This document shows positions 56,130 through 64,000 of a stretch of 64,000 nt of DNA, piece after piece. Numbering within the stretch: the first letter of the stretch is position 1; each line of letters opens with the position of its first letter. This DNA is from an uncultured Solirubrobacterales bacterium (GTDB taxonomy: Bacteria; Actinomycetota; Thermoleophilia; Solirubrobacterales; 70-9). The notes beneath the pieces are model-generated. The model did no database searches. It was not told the origin of the DNA and worked only from the letters and a program-made list of their open reading frames with translations. The stretch is from contig CAWJHV010000040.1 of NCBI GenBank assembly GCA_963842795.1, forward strand, positions 375,633-439,632, in the 5' to 3' direction. A program made the position numbers and the translations under genes.

Positions 56130-56218
56130 CGCGCCGCAGGCTAGGGCCGGCGGCGGACGCGGAGCGGCGGCGGCCGGCGGGCGCCGGACGGCGCCAACGC
56201 GGGGATAGACTGCCGCCA

Positions 56219-56776
56219 GTGGCGCCGAAGCTGCATCCCGGCGAGCAGATCCTCTACGAGGGCCATCCGTCCTGGAGGGCGATCCTCGACTTCTACATCA
56301 AGGGGATCCTGGCGACCGCGGTGGTCTGCCTGCTGGTCGCGCTCGCCACCGGCACGATCGGCGACGAGACCGACAAGGGCCTGGTGTCGATCATCGCCCT
56401 GGTCGGGGTCGCGGGGACGATCCTGGTCGGGTTCGTCAAGCGGGTGGCGACCAGCTACACGATCACCAACCGACGTCTGCACATCAAGCGCGGGATCGTC
56501 TCGCGGACGATCCAGGAGACGCGCCTGGAGCGGGTCCAGAACGTCAACTACCAGCAGAGCGTGCTCCAGCGGATGCTGCAGATCGGCGACGTCGACTTCG
56601 ACACCGCCGCCGGCGACGACTACAACTTCACGTTCGAAGGTGTCGGCGACCCGGCCGACGTCGTGCACATGGTCGACCAGGCGACCGGGGCCGTTTCGAC
56701 CGAGGGGCTCGACGACCAGCCGAGCCGGGCGGCCTCCAGCGAGCCGGCGCCGCCGGCCCGGCCCCCGTCCGCCTGA
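56219..56776 (+). CDS. Membrane protein with bacterial PH (bPH_2/YdbS-YdbT-like) domain
   Basis: GEQILYEGHPSW, two TM segments, then YTITNRRLHIKRGIVSRTIQETRLERV. GTG at 56219. Confidence 0.75.
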   Translation: MAPKLHPGEQILYEGHPSWRAILDFYIKGILATAVVCLLVALATGTIGDETDKGLVSIIALVGVAGTILVGFVKRVATSYTITNRRLHIKRGIVSRTIQETRLERVQNVNYQQSVLQRMLQIGDVDFDTAAGDDYNFTFEGVGDPADVVHMVDQATGAVSTEGLDDQPSRAASSEPAPPARPPSA

Positions 56777-56783
56777 GGCGGTC

Positions 56784-58031
56784 CTACGCGACTCCGGCGG
56801 TCTGCTCGAGGCCGGCGGCCTCGCGCAGCGCGTCGGCGCGGTCGGTGCGCTCCCAGGTGAAGTCGTGGTCGTCCCGGCCGAAGTGGCCGTAAGCCGCGGT
56901 CTTCTGGTAGATCGGCCGGTGCAGCCGCAGCTCCTCGCGGAACGAGCCCGGGCGCAGGTCGAAATGCTCGTCGACGAGGTCGCGGATCCGTGAGCGCGAG
57001 ATCTTCTCGGTGCCGAAGGTCTCGATCATGACGCTGACCGGATGGGCGACGCCGATCGCGTAGGCGACCTGGACCTCGCAGCGGTCCGCGAGCCCGGCGG
57101 CGACCACGTTCTTGGCCACCCACCGCGCCGCGTAGGCGGCCGACCGGTCGACCTTCGACGGGTCCTTGCCGGAGAAGGCGCCGCCGCCGTGGCGGGCCAT
57201 GCCGCCGTAGGTGTCGACGATGATCTTGCGCCCGGTGAGGCCGGCGTCGCCCACCGGCCCGCCGATGACGAAGCGACCGGTCGGGTTGACGAGGAAGTTC
57301 CCCTTCGTGTTGAGGTGTCTCTCGTCGTAGAGCTCCGCGGGGAGGACCGGGTGCAGGACGTGCTCCCAGAGGTCGGGCCGGATCAGCGAGTCGCAGTCGA
57401 CACCGTCGCGGTGCTGGGTCGAGATCAGCACCTTCTCGATCTGAATCGGAACGCCGTCCTCGTAACGGACCGTGACCTGCGTCTTGCCGTCCGGGCGCAG
57501 GTACGGAACCACCTCGCCCTTGCGGATCTCGGCGAGTCGCTGGGCGAGCTTGTGCGCGAGTGAGATCGGCAGCGGCATCAGCTCCGGGGTCTCGCGACTC
57601 GCGTAGCCGAACATCATCCCCTGGTCGCCGGCCCCGGCGACGTCGAGCTCGTCGTCGTCGGCGGGATCGGTGCGCGACTCGAGCGCGTTGTCGACGCCCT
57701 GGGCGATGTCGGGCGACTGCTTGTCGATCGCGTTGATCACCGCGCAGGAGTCGGCCGAGAAGCCGAGGTCGGCGTCGGTGTAGCCGATCCTGCGAATCGT
57801 CTCGCGGGCGATGTCGGGGATGTCGACGTAGATCTCGGTCGAGATCTCGCCGGAGACGACCACGAGCCCGGTGTTGACCAGCGTCTCGCAGGCCACCCGG
57901 CCGGCCGGATCGCCGGCGAGGACCGCGTCCAGGACCCCGTCGGAGATCTGGTCGGCGACCTTGTCGGGGTGGCCCTCGGTCACCGATTCGGAGGTGAACA
58001 GATACTCGTTGTCGCCAAGCTTGGAGGTCAT
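56784..58031 (-). CDS. metK: S-adenosylmethionine synthase
   Basis: 415 aa; [34 protein letters not shown]. Confidence 0.95.
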   Translation of the reverse strand: MTSKLGDNEYLFTSESVTEGHPDKVADQISDGVLDAVLAGDPAGRVACETLVNTGLVVVSGEISTEIYVDIPDIARETIRRIGYTDADLGFSADSCAVINAIDKQSPDIAQGVDNALESRTDPADDDELDVAGAGDQGMMFGYASRETPELMPLPISLAHKLAQRLAEIRKGEVVPYLRPDGKTQVTVRYEDGVPIQIEKVLISTQHRDGVDCDSLIRPDLWEHVLHPVLPAELYDERHLNTKGNFLVNPTGRFVIGGPVGDAGLTGRKIIVDTYGGMARHGGGAFSGKDPSKVDRSAAYAARWVAKNVVAAGLADRCEVQVAYAIGVAHPVSVMIETFGTEKISRSRIRDLVDEHFDLRPGSFREELRLHRPIYQKTAAYGHFGRDDHDFTWERTDRADALREAAGLEQTAGVA

Positions 58032-58047
58032 AGGGCGAAGAGGTTAA

Positions 58048-59874
58048 TCAGTCGGCGGGCACGGACGCCCCAGGCTCCTCGCCGCGCTCTCCCTCGCGCA
58101 GCAGCAGCCGCGCGTCCGTCGCGAGCACGCCGTCGGCGTCGCCGACCGAGAGCCCGAGCGCGGCGAGGCTGCGGAAGTCGCCCGCGAAGGTCGCGTAGGC
58201 CGGGTCCTCGGCGAGCCCGGTCCGCTCGCCCGTCGCGACCAGGGCGCCGAGATCGAGGAAGGCGAGCAGCGAGGGCCGGGCGGGAAAGCCCTCGGTTGCG
58301 CTCTCGTACAGCCCGGTCTCGTCGAGGCCGCCCTCGTCCTCCGCCAGGCCGGCGATCCCCTCCACGTCGGTGGCGACGGCGGCGAGGCCGTCGAAGACGG
58401 CGTACGTGAGCTCGATCACGGGCGAGATCCGGAGGCTGTGAGCCTCGACGCCGTTGATCTCCTGCTGTCCGAACACCGGCGCCTGCAGCCCGCTGCCGGG
58501 GTTGACGGCGTCGGCGAGCGGGCCCTGGAGGGAGGCCAGCGCCTCGCGCGTGCGGTCCTCGTCGACGCCCGCGGCGACGAAGAGCAGGTACGGAAGCGGC
58601 GCCGACACGACGGCGGCGGCGTCCTCGCCGGCGGCGTCGGCCGGCGGCGGCGGCTCGACCGCGATCGCCGCCTCGTTCCCCAGCGCCCCGCCGAGCTGGC
58701 TCTCGATGTCGACCCCGCCCTCGCCGCGCAGGCTGTCGACGAGGTCGGCGAAGCTCTCCGCGATCCCCGGCGCCTGCGCGGTCGCCTGGGCGAGCAGCGC
58801 GCTCACCGTGCGCCCGGGATCGCCGAACCCGAGGTAGGCGAGCGTGCCGGGGCGCAGCTGCGAGTCGAGCTCGGGCTCGAAGGCGGGAAAGGCGGCGAAG
58901 AAGCTGGGCGACGCCTGCTCGCGCTCGGGGTCGAGCTCGCTGCGCACGTTGAGCTCGAGCGCGTCGCCGGAGGCGCTCAGCGAGGCCGCGGCCCCCTCGG
59001 TCGCGCCGGGCGCGAGCAGGGGGGTCAGGGTCGAGAGGGTTCCCGTGCTCGGAGCGATCAGCTCCGACACGCCCTCGGCCGACAGCCACGCCTCGGCGAG
59101 CCGGTGCTCGGGAAGCTGGTCGCGGATCTCGGTCGCCGCGTCGTCCTCGGCGAGCGGCTCCGAGCCCTCCGCGCCGGTGGCGGTGTCGATCACCGCCCGC
59201 ACCCCCTCCCCCGACCCGATCACCAGGAAGCCGTCGACCTCGGCGCTCGAGATCCCGCGGGCTCCGGTGGTCAGCTCCACGCCCTCGTAGTCCTCGGTGC
59301 GCCCGCGCGATCCGGCGAGCGAGCTCGCGAAGGCGGCGGCGCCCCCTGAGTCGTCCACCTCGAGCAGATCGACGCGGTCGGCCCCGCCGCCGGGCCCGGC
59401 CAGCACCGCGAGCGCCGCCTCGCCGCCGATCCACGGCCGGAGGTCGGCGTCGAAGTCCACCGCGGAGCCGGCGGGGCCGGCGATCAGGTCCGTGGCCAGC
59501 GCCGTGACCTGGTCGCTGAACAGGGGGGCGCGGGCGGCCAGCTTCGCCGCCGCCTCGTACTGGTCGGTCTCGGGGTCGAGGTTCGCGTGCACGTAGGCGA
59601 GCGCGTCGGCGGGCACCAGCTCGGCGGCATCGTCGGCCGGCGGGCAGCTGTCACCGCCGGGGAACGAGCACGGGAGGCTCGGGATCGCGACGGCGAAGAT
59701 CAGGACCACGACCACGGCGACGCCGAGCGCGGCGACCAGGCGCCGGCGGGCGATGATCGACAGCGAGCCCCAGAAGCCGGCCAGCCCGCGCCCGAGCGCC
59801 CGCGGCAGGCGGATCAACAAGCGCCCGACGTCGCGGAGGAAGCCGACGACGACAGACCACGCGCTACCGGTCAT
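58048..59874 (-). CDS. Membrane-anchored hypothetical protein (DUF3352-like, tentative)
   Basis: MTGSAWSV... with one TM ([19 protein letters not shown]) and a ~550-aa A/G/E/D-rich extracytoplasmic part. ATGA overlap with the der stop. Confidence 0.65.
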   Translation of the reverse strand: MTGSAWSVVVGFLRDVGRLLIRLPRALGRGLAGFWGSLSIIARRRLVAALGVAVVVVLIFAVAIPSLPCSFPGGDSCPPADDAAELVPADALAYVHANLDPETDQYEAAAKLAARAPLFSDQVTALATDLIAGPAGSAVDFDADLRPWIGGEAALAVLAGPGGGADRVDLLEVDDSGGAAAFASSLAGSRGRTEDYEGVELTTGARGISSAEVDGFLVIGSGEGVRAVIDTATGAEGSEPLAEDDAATEIRDQLPEHRLAEAWLSAEGVSELIAPSTGTLSTLTPLLAPGATEGAAASLSASGDALELNVRSELDPEREQASPSFFAAFPAFEPELDSQLRPGTLAYLGFGDPGRTVSALLAQATAQAPGIAESFADLVDSLRGEGGVDIESQLGGALGNEAAIAVEPPPPADAAGEDAAAVVSAPLPYLLFVAAGVDEDRTREALASLQGPLADAVNPGSGLQAPVFGQQEINGVEAHSLRISPVIELTYAVFDGLAAVATDVEGIAGLAEDEGGLDETGLYESATEGFPARPSLLAFLDLGALVATGERTGLAEDPAYATFAGDFRSLAALGLSVGDADGVLATDARLLLREGERGEEPGASVPAD

Positions 59875-61217
59875 CGGTCGGACCGCCGGGGGCGCTTGGG
59901 CACGAAGTCGATGATCACCGGCACGCCCTCGAGGCCGTAGCGCTCCCGGATGCGGTTCTCGAGCGAGTAGGCCCAGTCGCGGGTGATCAGCCGCCGGTCG
60001 TTGACCTGGATCGCGAACCGCGGCGGACGCGTGCCGACCTGGGCGGTGTAGTAGAGGCGCAGCCGCTTGCCTCGCTTCTGAGGGGGCGAACGCTGGGCGA
60101 CCGCGTCGCCGACGAACCGGTTCAGCTCGGGTGTCGGGATCCGCTCGGCGCGCTTGTCCGCGAGCGCGATGGCACGCTCGATCAGCCTCGTCACCCCCCG
60201 ACCCGTGAGCGCCGAGCAGGCGATCACCGGCGGGCGCTGGCGGACCCGCTTCGCGAGCCGCGCGCTCGCGTCCTCGAGATCCGTCTCGCCGACGTCCCAC
60301 TTGTTCAGCGCCACCACCGTCGCGCAGCCCTTCTTCATCGCCAGGTCCGCGACCCGGAGGTCCTCGGCGGTGACGCCCTCCGCGGCGTCGCAGACGACCA
60401 GCGCGACGTCGGCCCGCTCGGCGGCGCGCTCGGAGCGCAGCTGTGCGTAGTAGTCGACCGTGCCCGCCACCTTCGTCCGGCGCCGGATCCCCGCGGTGTC
60501 GATCAGCAGCACGTGCCGGCCGTCGACCTCCAGCGGGGTGTCGATCGCGTCGCGGGTGGTCCCGGCGAGCTCGGAGACGATCACCCGTTCCGTCCCGAGA
60601 AAGGCGTTGACCAGCGAGGACTTGCCGACGTTGGGACGCCCGATGACCGCCAGCCGGACGGTCTCGTCCTCATCGCCCTCCGACCCGTTCGCTCGCGCGG
60701 CGACGGAGGCCGAGAGCAGCTCCGTGATCCGGTCGAGGAGATCCCCGGTGCCGCGGCCGTGGGTCGCCGAGACGCCGAACGGCTCGCCGAGCCCGAGCCG
60801 GTAGAGGTCGGCGACCAGCGGCTCCTCGGTGGGCCCGTCGACCTTGTTCGCGACCACGACCACCGGCAGCTCGGCGCGGCGGAGGATCTCGGCGACCTCC
60901 GCGTCGCCCTGGCGCAGGCCGGCGCGGGCGTCGAGCACGATCGCGACCACGTCAGCGTCGGCGATCGCCTCCCGCGCCTGCGACTGGACCGCGCGCGAGA
61001 GCGAGTCGCCCGCCTCGAGGTCGACGCCGCCGGTGTCGATGAGCTCGAAGCGCAGCCCGTTCCACTCGCACTCCAGCGCCTTGCGGTCGCGGGTGACCCC
61101 GGCCTCCTTGTGGACGACCGCCTCGCGCCCACCGACCAGGCGGTTGACGAGCGTCGACTTGCCGACGTTGGGAAAGCCGACGACGGCGACCCGAGGCAGG
61201 CGGGATCCGGCGGTCAT
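59871..61217 (-). CDS. der: Ribosome-biogenesis GTPase Der (EngA)
   Basis: Two G domains ([18 protein letters not shown]) and a KH-like C-terminus. Confidence 0.95.
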   Translation of the reverse strand: MTAGSRLPRVAVVGFPNVGKSTLVNRLVGGREAVVHKEAGVTRDRKALECEWNGLRFELIDTGGVDLEAGDSLSRAVQSQAREAIADADVVAIVLDARAGLRQGDAEVAEILRRAELPVVVVANKVDGPTEEPLVADLYRLGLGEPFGVSATHGRGTGDLLDRITELLSASVAARANGSEGDEDETVRLAVIGRPNVGKSSLVNAFLGTERVIVSELAGTTRDAIDTPLEVDGRHVLLIDTAGIRRRTKVAGTVDYYAQLRSERAAERADVALVVCDAAEGVTAEDLRVADLAMKKGCATVVALNKWDVGETDLEDASARLAKRVRQRPPVIACSALTGRGVTRLIERAIALADKRAERIPTPELNRFVGDAVAQRSPPQKRGKRLRLYYTAQVGTRPPRFAIQVNDRRLITRDWAYSLENRIRERYGLEGVPVIIDFVPKRPRRSDR

Positions 61218-61858
61218 CCGACAGCCAGGCCGCGCTCGCGCGCCATCCCGACCACGCGCGCGACCACTTCGTCGACGGGCAGGCCGGTGGTGTCGACCTC
61301 GACCGCGTCGTCGGCCGGGCGCAGCGCTCCGAAGGCGCGCCCGCGGTCGCGCGCATCGCGGGCCGCCTGCGCGGCGAGCACCGTCGCCACCTCCTCGCCG
61401 GTCTCGGCCGCGCGCCTGCGGGCGCGCTCGGCGCCGTCGGCGACCAGGAAGACCTTCAGCGGCGCGTCCGGGCTGACCACGGTGCCGATGTCCCGCCCCT
61501 CGGCGACGTAGCGGCCGGCGTCGATCAGCTCCCGCTGGCGCTCGACCATCGCCGCCCGGACCCCCGGATGCACCGAGACCCGGGAGGCGGCGACGCTCAT
61601 CTCCGGCTCGCGGATCGCGGCACTCACGTCCTCGCCGGCGAGCGTCACCGCGCCGTCGGCGAACCCGATCTCGAGCCCGTCGGCGAGCTCGGCGAGCGCT
61701 GTCGGGTCGTCGGGGTCGATCCCGGCCCGCGCAGCCGCGAGGGCGACGCTGCGATACATCGCGCCCGAATCGAGGTAGGTGAAGCCGAGCGCCGCGGCGA
61801 CGCCGCGGGCGACGGTTGACTTACCGGCCCCCGCGGGCCCGTCGATCGCGATCACCAT
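61214..61858 (-). CDS. cmk: Cytidylate kinase
   Basis: [21 protein letters not shown]...YLDSGAMYR. The ATG at 61858 lies in frame within a longer artefactual ORF. Confidence 0.9.
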   Translation of the reverse strand: MVIAIDGPAGAGKSTVARGVAAALGFTYLDSGAMYRSVALAAARAGIDPDDPTALAELADGLEIGFADGAVTLAGEDVSAAIREPEMSVAASRVSVHPGVRAAMVERQRELIDAGRYVAEGRDIGTVVSPDAPLKVFLVADGAERARRRAAETGEEVATVLAAQAARDARDRGRAFGALRPADDAVEVDTTGLPVDEVVARVVGMARERGLAVG

Positions 61859-61885
61859 TGCGGCGGTGAGGATAGGCTGCAACCG

Positions 61886-62215
61886 ATGGAGAGCTGGGAC
61901 ATCTCGCGTCTCGACGTACAGCCGCGCAACCCGGCGGTGCTCGCCTCCGACGACGAGGGTCGCGTGATCGCGATCAACCTCCCCGCGGGCCAGAGCCTGC
62001 AGGACCATCAGGTGCACGAGCGCGCCTGGCTCGTGGTCGCCGCCGGCGAGGTCGAGATCGACGGCGGCGCCGGCGAGACGATCAGCGGGGGGCCGGGGCT
62101 GCTGGCCGCCTTCGAGCCGAACGAGCGCCGGGAAGTGCGGGCGACGACGGACTCCCGTCTGCTGCTCGTCCTCTCCCCCTGGCCCGGGGTCGGCCACCCG
62201 AGCGCCGGCGGCTGA
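61886..62215 (+). CDS. Cupin domain protein
   Basis: 109 aa; LQDHQVHERAWLVVAAGEVEI ... pattern of small single-domain cupins. Confidence 0.65.
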   Translation: MESWDISRLDVQPRNPAVLASDDEGRVIAINLPAGQSLQDHQVHERAWLVVAAGEVEIDGGAGETISGGPGLLAAFEPNERREVRATTDSRLLLVLSPWPGVGHPSAGG

Positions 62216-62254
62216 GCCGACCTCCCACCAGGCGGACACGCACGGACATGCGAG

Positions 62255-63655
62255 CTAGGGCCCGGCCGAGGCCTGGACTCGGTCGCTTGTCCCGTCCGAG
62301 CGCTGCCAGGTGACGATGGCGTCGCCGTCGACGTCCATCGCGACCTGGGCATCGAACGCTTGCTGACGCACGCGGCCGGAGAGGAGCTGCACGGCGCTCA
62401 GGGCACCTGCGGCGGAGCGTGTTCGGGCCTCGACCCGGCGACTCGCCCCGTCGGATCGCAACCAGGTGAACACCGCGTCGCCGTCGGCGTCGACCGCGAC
62501 CTGGGGGTTGAATGCGCTCTGCCCGGCGGCCGAGAGCGTCTGGACGGCGCTCAGGGTGCCGGTGGCCGAGCGCGCCTTCGCCTGGACGCGGGGCTCCGTC
62601 CCGTCGTAGAGCTCCCAGGTGAACACGGCGTCGCCGTCGGCGTCGACCGCGACCTGGGGGTTGAACGCGGTCTTTCCGGCGGCGGAGAGGGTCTTCACGG
62701 CGCTCAGGGCGCCATCGGTGGAGCGCGTTCGGAGCTGCACTCGGTGGCAGCAGAAGTTGTCCGGATCCGTCTCGTCGGACCGCAACCAGGTGAACACCGC
62801 GTCGCCGTCGGCGTCGACCGCGACCTGGGGGTTGAACGCGGTCTTTCCGGCGGCGGAGAGGGTCTGCACGGCGCTCAGGGTCCCGGCGGCCGAGCGCGCT
62901 ACGGCCTGAACCCGGTCCTTGGTCCCGTCGAGGCGCTCCCAGGTGAACACGGCGTCGCCGTCGCCGTCGACCGCGACCTGGGGCTCGCTTGCGTGCTGCC
63001 CGGCGCCGGAGAGAGTCTGCACGGCGCTCAGGGTCCCGGCGGCCGAGCGCGCCCGGGCCTCGACCCGGAGATGTGCCCCATCGAAGCGCAACCAGGTGAA
63101 TACCGCGTCGCCGTCGGCGTCGACCGCGACCTGGGGGTTGAATGCGTTCTGCCCGGCGGCCGAGAGTGTCTGCACGGCGCTCAGGGTGCCGCCGGCCGAG
63201 CGGGCCCGGGCCTGGATCCGGTACTTGGCCCCGTCGAAGCGCAACCAGGTGAACACCGCGTCGCCGTCGGCGTCGACCGCGACCTGGGGTCTTGACGCGC
63301 TCTGCCCGGGGGCGGACAGGGTCTGCACGGCGCTCAGGGTGCCGGTGGCCGAGCGCGCCCGGGCCTGGATCCGGTAATCCGTCCCGTCGGATCGCAACCA
63401 GGTGAACACCGCATCGCCGTCGGCGTCGACCGCGACCTCGGGGTCGCCCGGGTCCTGCCCGGGCGCGGAGAGGTTGATCGGCTCGGTCCATGCCGCTTCG
63501 GCGAGCGCGGGGACCAGCAGCCCGACCACGAGCAGCGCGCAGAACGAGGCCGAGAGGCCCTTCGCCCTCCCCGCATTCACCGCGGGCTTGCGCAGGGCAC
63601 GGCAAAAGTGGCGGACGAGGATGCTCCGTTCGTCAGACGACCCCAGGGACGTCAC
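62255..63655 (-). CDS. Secreted protein made of eight ~47-aa tandem repeats (possible beta-propeller); alternative start GTG 63580
   Basis: Signal peptide GLSASFCALLVVGLLVPALAEA. Repeats follow the form PQVAVDADGDAVFTWLRSDGxxxRVQARARSAxGTLSAVQTLSAAGQxA. Confidence 0.8.
   Translation of the reverse strand: MTSLGSSDERSILVRHFCRALRKPAVNAGRAKGLSASFCALLVVGLLVPALAEAAWTEPINLSAPGQDPGDPEVAVDADGDAVFTWLRSDGTDYRIQARARSATGTLSAVQTLSAPGQSASRPQVAVDADGDAVFTWLRFDGAKYRIQARARSAGGTLSAVQTLSAAGQNAFNPQVAVDADGDAVFTWLRFDGAHLRVEARARSAAGTLSAVQTLSGAGQHASEPQVAVDGDGDAVFTWERLDGTKDRVQAVARSAAGTLSAVQTLSAAGKTAFNPQVAVDADGDAVFTWLRSDETDPDNFCCHRVQLRTRSTDGALSAVKTLSAAGKTAFNPQVAVDADGDAVFTWELYDGTEPRVQAKARSATGTLSAVQTLSAAGQSAFNPQVAVDADGDAVFTWLRSDGASRRVEARTRSAAGALSAVQLLSGRVRQQAFDAQVAMDVDGDAIVTWQRSDGTSDRVQASAGP
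62275..63460. repeat. Coding tandem repeat, ~141-bp period, eight copies
   Basis: Recurrent DNA blocks such as GGTGAACACCGCGTCGCCGTCGGCGTCGACCGCGACCTGGGGGTTGAA appear at 141-bp spacing, with one longer copy. Confidence 0.85.
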
Positions 63656-63730
63656 GAAGCTAAGCGATCGGCAGCGGTTGCGAATCCGTATTCCCCCGCA
63701 GAGTTACTGCGAGATGCGGGACGATCTCGC

Positions 63731-64000
63731 TCAGGGACCAGGGACGTCGACCCGATCGTCCTCGCCGATCTCGCGCAGCACCCGCGCCGGAACGCCCCCG
63801 GCGACGACGCCGGCGGGAAGGTCGCGGACGACCACGCCTCCGGCCCCGACGACCGTGTCGGCGCCGATCTCGACCCCCGGACAGACGATCGCGCCGCCGC
63901 CGAGCCAGACGTTGTCGCCGATCGTGATCGGCGCGGCGCTCTCCCAGCCGTCGCGGCGTGCGTTCGGGTCGATCGGGTGGGTCGCGGTCAGGAGCTGCAC
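63731..64000 (-). CDS. Sugar O-acetyltransferase (left-handed beta-helix, maltose/galactoside acetyltransferase-like), C-terminal part
   Basis: Hexapeptide repeats IGDNVWLGGGAIVCPGVEIGADTVVGAGGVVVRDLP. The gene continues beyond the window end. Confidence 0.8.
   Translation of the reverse strand: MQLLTATHPIDPNARRDGWESAAPITIGDNVWLGGGAIVCPGVEIGADTVVGAGGVVVRDLPAGVVAGGVPARVLREIGEDDRVDVPGP

Noticed and set aside
58032-58047. Expected SAM riboswitch upstream of metK
   Set aside because: Only 16 nt separate the metK start from the preceding gene's stop, so there is no room for a riboswitch. metK appears to be co-transcribed with the upstream gene.

Overview
High-GC chromosomal segment of actinobacterial type. 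The lineage guess (Thermoleophilia/Solirubrobacterales-like) is inference from composition, a WhiG/FliA-type sigma factor and the style of the secreted repeat proteins. I call about 70 protein genes, most on the minus strand and nearly all core housekeeping. Read on the minus strand, the order is cmk-der-metK-priA-def-fmt-rsmB-rpe, then the riboflavin operon, rpmB-yloV, recG-rsmD-coaD, yceD-rpmF-plsX-acpP-rnc-smc-ftsY-ffh-rpsP-trmD-rplS-lepB-rnhB, and comM-dprA-thiD-ilvD-xerC. This mirrors the classical Bacillus subtilis order. Many neighbouring genes are joined by ATGA/GTGA/TGATG stop-start overlaps. The long Arg/Gly/Pro/Ala-rich ORFs in the six-frame track are alternate-frame artefacts of high GC, so I picked frames by recognisable motifs and third-position G/C. 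I found no rRNA, tRNA, CRISPR, transposase, prophage or recognisable defence or toxin system, so this is mostly an ordinary core region. Five things are worth a second look. (1) Three tandem 65-bp units sit exactly at the ribD/ribE junction, each with two hairpins, a Shine-Dalgarno sequence and a 21-codon mini-ORF, chained by TGATG overlaps. (2) A MoaD/ThiS-like ORF ending in Gly-Gly, interrupted by one extra nucleotide, lies between thiD and an unknown 140-aa gene coupled to ilvD. (3) The smc gene encodes only 799 aa and seems to lack a hinge. (4) A roughly 50-nt intergenic repeat family has four clear copies, one with a palindrome-preserving double substitution. (5) Several conserved genes (lepB, rnhB, a DUF427 gene) have no ATG/GTG/TTG at the expected start and appear to use CTG. 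All product calls come from motif recognition by eye; no database search was run.
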